From contig CAJMQZ010000001.1 in NCBI GenBank assembly GCA_905215595.1, positions 1 through 53,947 on the forward strand: DNA of 53,947 nt, read 5' to 3'. The DNA is from an uncultured bacterium (lineage in GTDB: Bacteria; Bacillota; Clostridia; Oscillospirales; Ruminococcaceae). Shown here piece after piece: positions 46,838 to 53,947 of this stretch (within the stretch, counting starts at the first letter, position 1; each line of letters begins with the position of its first letter). The notes under the pieces were generated by a model. That model searched no databases. It saw only the letters and a list, made by a program, of their open reading frames with translations, and was not told the origin of the DNA. Both the position numbers and the translations under genes were made by a program.

Positions 46838-47230
46838 ATGGCATATGGAAACGTGAATGTCGCCGTGCCTGGCGTGTCGAACGATGAATCCAGCTATCTG
46901 AAAACAGAACAGGCCGGTGCCCCCGGCGGCGTGGCAACGCTGGATGCGGATGGTAAGCTGTCTGAATCGCAGCGTCCGGCGGTGGACGCATACACCAAGG
47001 CCCAGACCGATCAGAACATCAGCACCGCCGTTGATGCCCACAACTCTGCGGACACTGCACATGGTGACATCCGCGCCAGCGTGGCAGCGATGCGCGGCAG
47101 TATCAATGCAATCGAGCTGAAATTCGGCACAAACGTGACGAAAAATCCTTTTTCCGCCACGTTCAGCAGCCTTGACGGCCTGACCGTCACTGGCGTGTGG
47201 AACGCAGAACAGGCAAGGGTGGAGTTCTGA
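46838..47230 (+). CDS. Short tail fibre protein
   Basis: GVATLD..GK and HN....AH.DIR motifs. Confidence 0.65.
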   Translation: MAYGNVNVAVPGVSNDESSYLKTEQAGAPGGVATLDADGKLSESQRPAVDAYTKAQTDQNISTAVDAHNSADTAHGDIRASVAAMRGSINAIELKFGTNVTKNPFSATFSSLDGLTVTGVWNAEQARVEF

Positions 47231-47805
47231 TGGCTGAAACATTCAAGGTCGGCGCGAATGCGCGGGAGCTGCTGCGCTACACCCAGAGGGCGACCCGCAT
47301 TGTCACCGACGACATCAGCCGGAGCGATGCCCGGAAGATCATCCAGAAGGTCGCGGCGCTCGAAGATGTGCGCGACATCCAGAAGGTGTGCGGCACTGCC
47401 GTCCATGCACTCGACACACGGGACAGGGAGGGCTTTTCCAAGAGCACGTTCCGGCTGTATGGCGAGGGCATCCGGCTGACCGCCCGGCAAATCCTGCTGG
47501 ATGCACACGCGGCGAATAACGTCAATTTCCAGACCGACTACAACAAGCGCGTTGAGAAGATTGGCGCAGTCGTGGACGGCTGCTCTCTGCTGCTGGAATA
47601 CCTGACCATCTGCACGGAGGAAGGTATCATCAGCGCGAAGAAAGCCGGTATCTGGACAAAGAAGGTCACGGACGTAAAATACCCGGCGATGAAGTGGCTC
47701 ACGTCGGAACGCGGACGTGCCGAAAAACTCCGGGCAGAAGCGGAACGGAAGCGGCTGACCGAACAGGCTGCCGCCCTGAAAGCTGTCCTTTACCCGGAAC
47801 CGTAA
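47230..47805 (+). CDS. avd: DGR accessory variability determinant (Avd-like four-helix bundle)
   Basis: Basic helical protein (AAN...I...W) immediately upstream of TR and RT. Confidence 0.75.
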   Translation: MAETFKVGANARELLRYTQRATRIVTDDISRSDARKIIQKVAALEDVRDIQKVCGTAVHALDTRDREGFSKSTFRLYGEGIRLTARQILLDAHAANNVNFQTDYNKRVEKIGAVVDGCSLLLEYLTICTEEGIISAKKAGIWTKKVTDVKYPAMKWLTSERGRAEKLRAEAERKRLTEQAAALKAVLYPEP

Positions 47806-47855
47806 ACGCACAGCGGGCAACCGCTTTGCATAAAGGGTGCGGTTTGTTTGTCTGA

Positions 47856-47976
47856 CGCTGCCATTTGGTGGCTGCGCTCTCCGAACACCAACAATAACAA
47901 CAACGTCTGGAACGTCAACACCGATGGCTCCAACAACAACAACTGGTACAACAACTCCTATGGTGTTCGCCCCGCT
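47856..47976 (+). repeat. DGR template repeat (TR)
   Basis: AAC-rich non-coding repeat between avd and RT; matches VR1 and VR2 except at adenines. Confidence 0.95.
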
Positions 47977-48147
47977 CTGATGGAACCGTGTGACGAGTAG
48001 GCATAAGCTGAAAGCAGTGCGCCCATCAAAGGAAACCGCATCCTGTCGCTTGCCGATGCAGGCAAGTGATAAATACATCCCGCTGAGGTGGGCCATCCCT
48101 GCCGGATGCAGCCCACTACCGCAGCAGCGAACCAGCGGAGGGTCATT

Positions 48148-49377
48148 TTGACATACGAAGAACTGTGCAGCTTTGAGGTGCTTTACAAAGCCTACCTCGA
48201 AGCCCGGAAGGGAAAACGCAACAAGAGCAAAACAATCGAGTATGAATCCCATGCATTGGCTTGCACGGAAAAGCTCTCCCGTAAGCTGGCTGTCTGCAAT
48301 GTGCGGCAGCCAGACGGGAGCATCCGGCAGCAGATACGCTATGTGCCAAGTAAGTTTGAGGTCTTTGCCGTCTACGAGCCGAAGCGCCGCATGGTACACG
48401 CCCCCGCATTTGTGGACAAGGTGGTGCTGCACGCTCTGGTCGATAACATCCTGTATGATGCCCTGACAAAGAGCTTTATCCGGGACAGCCACGCCAGCCA
48501 GACCGGCAAAGGCACAGACGACGGCCTGATGCGCCTGAAAACCCACATGGTGGACTATTACCGCCGTGAGGGCCACGGCGCGGACGGCTGGGTGCTGAAA
48601 GGCGACGTGCGGCATTTCTTCGCCAGCATCGACCACCGGAAGCTAAAACGCAAGCTCAAAGCCGTGCTGGATAAGCGCGGCGTTGACCCGCGTGTCTATG
48701 AGCTGCTTTGCATCTACATCGACGTGATGGAGGACGGCTTGCCGCTGGGCTACCAGACGAGCCAGCTTTTCGCCCTCATGTTTTTGGACGAGTTCGACCA
48801 CATCATCAAAGAAAAGTACCGCATCAAATACTATGGCCGATACATGGATGATTTCTACATCATCTGTTCGGACAAGCGGAAATTGCAGTGCATTCTCCGG
48901 GATGTGCGGGCGCTCATGGACAGTTACGGCCTTGAGCTGAACCAGAAAACCGCCATCTTCCCGTTGAGGAACGGTATTGATTTTCTGGGCTTTCACTCCT
49001 ACCTGACCGACACCGGCGCGGTCATCCAAAAGCTGCGCCGGGATAGCTCCAAGCGGATGAAGAACAAGATCAAGTATTGGGAAACAGCATACCCCGCAGG
49101 CGAAGTAACCAAGCAGGAAATCCTGCGGAGCTTTGATGCGTGGGATGCCCATGCCGCCCATGGTGAAACCTATTCTTTACGCCGCAAGTACGCTGACCGG
49201 CTCGAAAAATTGCTTGACTGTAAAATTCCTATCCATCGAAAAATCAACTCGAACAAACTCGCGCGTGACAGACGGCGGGCGCGGCAATGCCGCTGCATCT
49301 ACAAGGTGCAGCACAAAGCCCTGTCCCTCTCTGAATCGCAGAACACGCGGCCTGCGGAGATCATGCCGTGGGCCTGA
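48148..49377 (+). CDS. DGR reverse transcriptase
   Basis: KGD..HFF.SI, GLPLG..TSQ, YMDD and DFLG motifs; probable TTG start after GGAGG. Confidence 0.95.
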   Translation: MTYEELCSFEVLYKAYLEARKGKRNKSKTIEYESHALACTEKLSRKLAVCNVRQPDGSIRQQIRYVPSKFEVFAVYEPKRRMVHAPAFVDKVVLHALVDNILYDALTKSFIRDSHASQTGKGTDDGLMRLKTHMVDYYRREGHGADGWVLKGDVRHFFASIDHRKLKRKLKAVLDKRGVDPRVYELLCIYIDVMEDGLPLGYQTSQLFALMFLDEFDHIIKEKYRIKYYGRYMDDFYIICSDKRKLQCILRDVRALMDSYGLELNQKTAIFPLRNGIDFLGFHSYLTDTGAVIQKLRRDSSKRMKNKIKYWETAYPAGEVTKQEILRSFDAWDAHAAHGETYSLRRKYADRLEKLLDCKIPIHRKINSNKLARDRRRARQCRCIYKVQHKALSLSESQNTRPAEIMPWA

Positions 49378-49397
49378 ACGAAAACAAGGAGGTAACA

Positions 49398-50657
49398 ATG
49401 GCAAACGTAAAACTGGGCACGAAAGCCGTTGGCAGCATTGTCAAAATCAAAGTCAACGGCGCGTCCAAAGATTTTATTGTTGTGCAGCAGGGCAACCCGA
49501 ACACCGGCACCTATGATTCGAGTTGCGCCGGAACGTGGCTGTTGATGAAGGACATCTACACAACGTCCACGTTCGGCAACAATAACTCCTACAAGGATTC
49601 CAGCATCCACACATACCTGAACGGAACGTTCTACAACCTCATCGACAGCAACATCCGGGCAGCTATTAAGCAGGTGAAAATCCCGTACCAGAACGGCACT
49701 GGTTCCGGCGGCAGCCTTGCCACCGGCTCCAACGGCCTGAGCACCAAAGTGTTCCTGCTGTCTGGTTATGAGGTTGGCTGGACGACCAGCGACAACGGCT
49801 ATTTCCCGAAGGACGGTGTGAGGCTGGCATACTTTGGCAACAGCTCCGGCGGTAACAGCAAGCGTGTCGCCTACAACGGCAGCAGCGCTGCCGTTTGGTG
49901 GCTGCGCTCTCCGTACACCGACGATGGCAACGGCGTCTGGAACGTCGGCGCCGATGGCTCCTACTACAACGGCTGGTACAACTTCTCTTATGGTGTTCGC
50001 CCCGCTTTCATTCTTCCCTCTACACTCGTGGTCTCTGACGATGGCACGGTCAGTGTCAACACTGCACCTACCGTCAGCACGGACGGCGCAGCTCTGGGGC
50101 AGAAGAACGCGGCCTTTGCGTGGAAGTACACCGTCAGGGATGCCGACGGCGACACCTTGACCGTCACCGAAAAGCTGGACGGCAAGACCACCAAGACCCG
50201 CACCGGCGTTGCCAGCGGCACGGCCCTGACCTTTGAGCAGACGGCCAGCGCTGCCGGATTCCAGAAAATCCTGAACGGCAACCACACCATCACCGTTGAG
50301 GTGAGCGACGGCAAGGAAACCGTCAGCACGTCCGCGACCTTTACCAAGGCCGTCCACGCCGCAAGCGTGACGCTGGCTGAACCGCTGACCGTGGAGGGCG
50401 ACATCACCGTTGCCGTGCTTCAGGTGACCGGCTCCATCCCGGATGATGCAAAGTTCAAGGCTGAGGTGACCAACAACGCCAAGGACGCGGCCCCGGTGTG
50501 GCAGGATGCCACGACCGAGGTAAAAAAAGGTGTGAACATCGTCTTTGAGAACAAGGCCGCCACGGCGGGCGCGGCGTTCAACTTCCGCGTTTCCATCAGC
50601 CGCGGTGCGTCCGGCACTGGCGGCTACATCGAAGCCGTCAGTGGCGCATTCCAGTAA
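49398..50657 (+). CDS. DGR target, probable receptor-binding protein (variable DUF6273-like domain plus Ig-like C-terminal domains)
   Basis: Contains VR1 (WWLRSP...GVRPA); located in the tail fibre cluster. Confidence 0.88.
   Translation: MANVKLGTKAVGSIVKIKVNGASKDFIVVQQGNPNTGTYDSSCAGTWLLMKDIYTTSTFGNNNSYKDSSIHTYLNGTFYNLIDSNIRAAIKQVKIPYQNGTGSGGSLATGSNGLSTKVFLLSGYEVGWTTSDNGYFPKDGVRLAYFGNSSGGNSKRVAYNGSSAAVWWLRSPYTDDGNGVWNVGADGSYYNGWYNFSYGVRPAFILPSTLVVSDDGTVSVNTAPTVSTDGAALGQKNAAFAWKYTVRDADGDTLTVTEKLDGKTTKTRTGVASGTALTFEQTASAAGFQKILNGNHTITVEVSDGKETVSTSATFTKAVHAASVTLAEPLTVEGDITVAVLQVTGSIPDDAKFKAEVTNNAKDAAPVWQDATTEVKKGVNIVFENKAATAGAAFNFRVSISRGASGTGGYIEAVSGAFQ
49886..50006 (+). repeat. DGR variable repeat VR1
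   Basis: 121-nt ungapped match to TR; 18 mismatches, 17 at TR adenines. Confidence 0.95.
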
Positions 50658-50671
50658 GGAGGACAGTCACC

Positions 50672-50875
50672 ATGATTCAGTGGAAAAAGGACAATCTGCC
50701 CACCCGGCAGGAAAAGGAAACTGCCGCCAAGAAGCAGCGGGAGCATGAGCGGCTGCCGGAGCGTGTGGCTGAAATGGAAGATGCCCTGTGCGAACAGGAC
50801 GCGGCCAACGAGAAGCGTTTGGCCGACATCGAAACCGCGCTGTGTGAGCTGGACGCAGCGCTGAACAAAGAATAA
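50672..50875 (+). CDS. Small coiled-coil protein
   Basis: RBS; repeated E.ALCE.D motif. Confidence 0.6.
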   Translation: MIQWKKDNLPTRQEKETAAKKQREHERLPERVAEMEDALCEQDAANEKRLADIETALCELDAALNKE

Positions 50876-50889
50876 GGAGGTAAAGGACT

Positions 50890-51057
50890 ATGGATAAGAT
50901 TTGGGCAAACCGTTTGGTCGCTGGCACTAAGACTTGGGCCGAAATGCCCATCAGTCGCCGCGTTGCCGTCAAGAAGGTTCTGGCCGCGCGCGTGGAAAGC
51001 GGTGAAATTACCGCCGACGACTACAAGAACATCACGGGCGAAGACTATGCAGCATAA
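50890..51057 (+). CDS. XkdX-like small protein (55 aa), absent from ORF track
   Basis: GEIT..DY..ITGEDY C-terminus; AAGGAGG RBS. Confidence 0.65.
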   Translation: MDKIWANRLVAGTKTWAEMPISRRVAVKKVLAARVESGEITADDYKNITGEDYAA

Positions 51058-51220
51058 AAGCTGGCCCGATCTGTGCGAAAGCCTGCTGGACAGGCTGGAA
51101 GCCAAGGGCGAGAACACCACCACCGAACGGGCCGAGTTCGGCGTGCTGGTGGCTGAGTGTGGGTCGAGCGGCTGCAAAATGGCATTGAGCCAGAAAGGAG
51201 AAAACGACAATGGCGATTAA
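51047..51220 (+). CDS. Small hypothetical protein
   Basis: Overlapping ORF in the late operon. Confidence 0.45.
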   Translation: MQHKSWPDLCESLLDRLEAKGENTTTERAEFGVLVAECGSSGCKMALSQKGENDNGD

Positions 51221-51623
51221 AGCCTATTCACTGGCAAAGGATGGCAACAAGAAACTGTCCGCAAACTTTGCCGTGAAAGAGTTTCGCTGCAAGGATGGGA
51301 CTGACCCCATCTTTATTGATGATGTGTTGGTGAAACTGTTGCAGAACATCCGGAATCACTTTGGAAAGGCTGTTACGATCACCAGCGCATATCGCACTGC
51401 CGCCCATAACAAGGCGGTCAAGGGCGCAACGTACAGTCAGCATTGCTACGGTATGGCGGCAGATATTCGGATTCAGGGCGTGGACGTGGAAACGCTCGCG
51501 ACCTACGCCGAAACGCTGCTGAAAAACACCGGCGGCATCGGACGTTACCCGGTAAAAACTGGTCGTCCTGCTGGCTGGGTACACATCGACACCCGTGCGG
51601 TAAAGAGCCGTTGGGTGGGTTAA
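51210..51623 (+). CDS. Endolysin, peptidase M15 family
   Basis: SAYR...HN, SQH..G.AAD and WVHID motifs. Confidence 0.88.
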   Translation: MAIKAYSLAKDGNKKLSANFAVKEFRCKDGTDPIFIDDVLVKLLQNIRNHFGKAVTITSAYRTAAHNKAVKGATYSQHCYGMAADIRIQGVDVETLATYAETLLKNTGGIGRYPVKTGRPAGWVHIDTRAVKSRWVG

Positions 51624-51641
51624 GAGTAGGAGGAAAACAAA

Positions 51642-52037
51642 ATGGAGAACATTCTGAAAGTTTTTCTGATGGCATTCCCTGAATGGCTGGCCTGCATCTT
51701 CATGGTGGTCGGCCTTGTGGTCACGGCGCTGGCGGCGGTGCGTCTGGGTTACGGCCTTGTGGTCGCAAAGACTGTGTACAAGTGGATCGTCAACGCAGAG
51801 GAAAAGTTCGGCAGTGGCGCGGGTGCAGAAAAGAAAGCCCATGTCATTGCCGTACTGCGTGGGTACACCCCGGACTGGCTGGACTGGGCAATCAATGAGC
51901 GGACGCTGGATTGGATCGTGCAGCTTGTGTTCGACTTTACCAAGAAGAAGCTCGAAGATTACATGGCAAAGAAATCCGCAGAAACCACTACTGTGGCCCA
52001 TTTCGGTAACGTGGGGGAGAACAAGCGTAATGACTGA
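51642..52037 (+). CDS. Putative holin
   Basis: N-terminal TM segment; AE...G.G.G..K motif; next to endolysin. Confidence 0.65.
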   Translation: MENILKVFLMAFPEWLACIFMVVGLVVTALAAVRLGYGLVVAKTVYKWIVNAEEKFGSGAGAEKKAHVIAVLRGYTPDWLDWAINERTLDWIVQLVFDFTKKKLEDYMAKKSAETTTVAHFGNVGENKRND

Positions 52038-52347
52038 CGAGGAACTGGAACATCGCCTGACAGCGGTCGAAAACCGTGCACAGAGCAACACCCACCGGCT
52101 GGACGAGCTGGGGAAGCTGACCGATGCAGTAAACGGCATGAACACCAATATCAAGTTGACCATCCAGCAACTCGAAACCACAAACCGGAGCCTTGAAGTT
52201 GTGACGGCACAGAACAAGAAGCAGGACGACCGCTTGACCGCGCTGGAAAAAGCCCCCGGAGTATTTGGAAACAAACTCTGGTGGGCAGTCATTGCGGCAG
52301 TGATCGCAGGCTTTGTTGCATCTGAATTGGCAAGGTATCTCCACTAA
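52030..52347 (+). CDS. XhlA/hemolysin-like lysis protein
   Basis: Coiled coil plus C-terminal TM segment. Confidence 0.65.
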   Translation: MTDEELEHRLTAVENRAQSNTHRLDELGKLTDAVNGMNTNIKLTIQQLETTNRSLEVVTAQNKKQDDRLTALEKAPGVFGNKLWWAVIAAVIAGFVASELARYLH

Positions 52348-52354
52348 GTAAAGC

Positions 52355-52400
52355 AATGCCCCGCTGGCATCCTGATGGATTGCTGGCGGGGCATTTTTTG
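52355..52400 (+). terminator. Late operon terminator
   Basis: AATGCCCCGC...GCGGGGCATTTTTT. Confidence 0.7.
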
Positions 52401-52526
52401 TTTGTCTGGGAGTTTTGCACAAAGGAAATGTGCAAAGTGTGGAAAGTTTGCGAATTGACAACGGTACACCGTATAATTTACGCTTAAAACGAAAATAAAC
52501 GCCATAGTCGGAAGGAGGAAAACGGC

Positions 52527-53585
52527 GTGCGAGTGTTCAAACAGCTTACGCTTACAGACCGAATCCGTATCGAAAAGTGGTTGAAAGATGGGCTGAGAGT
52601 AAAGGAAATCGCAGACAGGCTGCGGGTGGACCCGTCCACGGTGTACCGGGAATTGAAGCGCGGCAGTTATGACAAGCTGGACGGTAAGACGTGGAAGCTG
52701 ATTCCTACATACAGCCCGGACATTGCAGAGCAAAGGTATCAGGCACATCTTCGGGAAAAGGGGCCAAACCTTAAAATCGGCAAGGATCATGAGCTTGCAA
52801 GCTATATCGAACAGACCATTATAGATAAGGACTGCTCACCGGCTGCGGTGTATGGTTATGCCATGGAAGAAGGACGGACATTCAAAACGCATATATCGGT
52901 GCCTACCATATATAGCTACATCAAAAAGGGTGTGTTCCTGAATCTGACACAAAAGGCTCTGCCCAGACATGGCGTGCATAAGGGCGACTATAAAAAGGTG
53001 AAAACAAAGGATCCTGCTCGTGCGCCGGCTGGTGAGAGTATCGAAAAACGCCCGGCGGAAGTAAAAGACCGTGAAGAATTTGGACACTGGGAAATGGACA
53101 CGGTGTATTCCGGCAAGAAGAAAAGTACGGTTGCACTGCTGGTGCTGACCGAGCGCAAAACCCGGAACGAAAATATTATAATGGTGCCGGATCGCCGTGC
53201 AGAGACAACCGTGCAGGCAATCAATGCGCTGGAACGGAAGTTGGGCGCAGAGAAGTTTGGCATCATTTATAAGAGCATCACGGTGGACAACGGCAGTGAG
53301 TTTGCATTGGCCGATCAGCTGGAACAGTCCTGCATCACCGGGGATAAGCGGACGAAGGTATATTACTGCCACCCGTATTCTTCCTGGGAACGTGGGAGCA
53401 ATGAGAATGTGAACGGCATGATCCGCCGCCGGCATCCGAAAGGCACGGACTTCTCAAAGGTCACAGCGGAAGAAATCGCAGCCACGGAGAACTGGATTAA
53501 CAGCTATCCTAGAAAAATTTTCGGCTATAAGAGCGCCGGCACAATGTTCCGCGAATGCCTGCGGGAGCTTGGTTTGACAGCATAA
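52527..53585 (+). CDS. IS30-family DDE transposase acting as prophage integrase
   Basis: HTH N-terminus; GHWEMD, DNGSEF and ERGSNEN.NG.IRR..PKG motifs. Confidence 0.92.
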   Translation: MRVFKQLTLTDRIRIEKWLKDGLRVKEIADRLRVDPSTVYRELKRGSYDKLDGKTWKLIPTYSPDIAEQRYQAHLREKGPNLKIGKDHELASYIEQTIIDKDCSPAAVYGYAMEEGRTFKTHISVPTIYSYIKKGVFLNLTQKALPRHGVHKGDYKKVKTKDPARAPAGESIEKRPAEVKDREEFGHWEMDTVYSGKKKSTVALLVLTERKTRNENIIMVPDRRAETTVQAINALERKLGAEKFGIIYKSITVDNGSEFALADQLEQSCITGDKRTKVYYCHPYSSWERGSNENVNGMIRRRHPKGTDFSKVTAEEIAATENWINSYPRKIFGYKSAGTMFRECLRELGLTA

Positions 53586-53704
53586 AGCACATAGAAAGCA
53601 GAAAATCACTGGTAAAAATGAACAATAAGGGATAACCGCAAGCGGGGTGCGCTTGGCGGCTTGTTTGCTTTACGCTAAAATCCACAAAAACAGAGCCGAA
53701 AATT

Positions 53705-53730
53705 TGTTGCATTTAATGCTTTACTTTTCA
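53705..53730 (-). repeat. Right terminal inverted repeat (IS30-like)
   Basis: Reverse complement TGAAAAGTAAAGCATTAAATGCAACA; shares TAAA.GCAA.A with the left end 107-132 at the same offset. Confidence 0.6.
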
Positions 53731-53746
53731 AAGGGGAAGGGCTTTT
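53731..53746. repeat. Right 16-bp direct repeat
   Basis: Identical to 91-106. Confidence 0.9.
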
Positions 53747-53757
53747 TGTATTTCCAG

Positions 53758-53786
53758 TTGACGGAAAGGCGGGATTTTGCTATAAT
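53758..53786 (+). promoter_or_regulatory. Host tRNA promoter
   Basis: TTGACG, 17 bp, TATAAT. Confidence 0.8.
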
Positions 53787-53808
53787 AATTAAGCTGTATT
53801 GTGAATAT

Positions 53809-53900
53809 GGAGCATTACTCAAGTGGTCGTAAGAGGTCGCACTCGAAATGCGATAGGCCGGGAGACCGGTGCCAGGGTTCGACTCCCTGATGCTCCGCCA
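53809..53900 (+). tRNA. Host tRNA-Ser (anticodon CGA)
   Basis: GGAGCAT/ATGCTCC acceptor stem, TCGCA-CTCGAAA-TGCGA anticodon arm, long variable arm, GGTTCGA T-loop, CCA end. Confidence 0.93.
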
Positions 53901-53902
53901 AC

Positions 53903-53934
53903 AAAAGGCATCAGCTCAGGCTGGTGCCTTTTTT
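53903..53934 (+). terminator. tRNA terminator
   Basis: AAAAGGCATCAGC/GCTGGTGCCTTTTTT. Confidence 0.8.
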
Positions 53935-53947
53935 GCGGCTAGATGGT

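Larger units (their letters stand above)
107..53730. mobile_element. Complete temperate myophage (prophage) with an IS30-family transposase as its integrase
   Basis: Full head, tail and lysis modules; bounded by 16-bp direct repeats and imperfect ~26-bp inverted ends; no tyrosine or serine integrase recognised. Confidence 0.9.

Noticed and set aside
48148..49377. RT as a group II intron, retron or Abi RT
   Set aside because: The adjacent Avd, TR and adenine-specific VRs identify it as a DGR RT.
52455..52477. TTGACA...TATAAT as a perfect transposase promoter
   Set aside because: The spacer is only 11 bp. A promoter probably exists here, but its -35 cannot be assigned confidently.
52527..53585. 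Independent IS30 insertion next to the phage
   Set aside because: No inverted repeat or target duplication was seen directly upstream of the gene. The matching end and duplication are 53 kb away.
53809..53900. tRNA-Ser as the phage attachment site
   Set aside because: No tRNA fragment is duplicated at the left end. The direct repeat lies upstream of the tRNA promoter, so the tRNA is host flank.

Overview
The window holds an apparently complete ~53.6 kb temperate myophage (prophage 107-53730). Its gene content resembles gut Clostridia/Oscillospiraceae phages such as those of Faecalibacterium (inferred). It is inserted between a divergent host gene promoter and a host tRNA-Ser(CGA), flanked by a 16-bp direct repeat and imperfect IS30-like inverted ends. 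The only recombinase is an IS30-family DDE transposase, and a stand-alone paralogue of its HTH domain sits at the opposite end. Modules, left to right: an early/replication region (DNA methyltransferases, HD protein, HUH-type Rep, ArpU-like activator); a leftward accessory operon (12.6-19.9 kb); a lambda-like head; a P2-like contractile tail; tail fibres; a complete diversity-generating retroelement (Avd, TR, RT) with two targets, one 40 kb away in the early region; and lysis genes. The least explained part is the leftward operon. Its genes are separated by a conserved ~70-nt element with two hairpins and a covarying pseudoknot. The region carries about 27 same-strand TTTCGTG heptamers, is headed by an RHH regulator with five operators and a peptide/antisense-RNA pair, and lies next to a ~780-nt fold-back region near the putative packaging site. 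All protein family calls come from motif recognition, not database searches.
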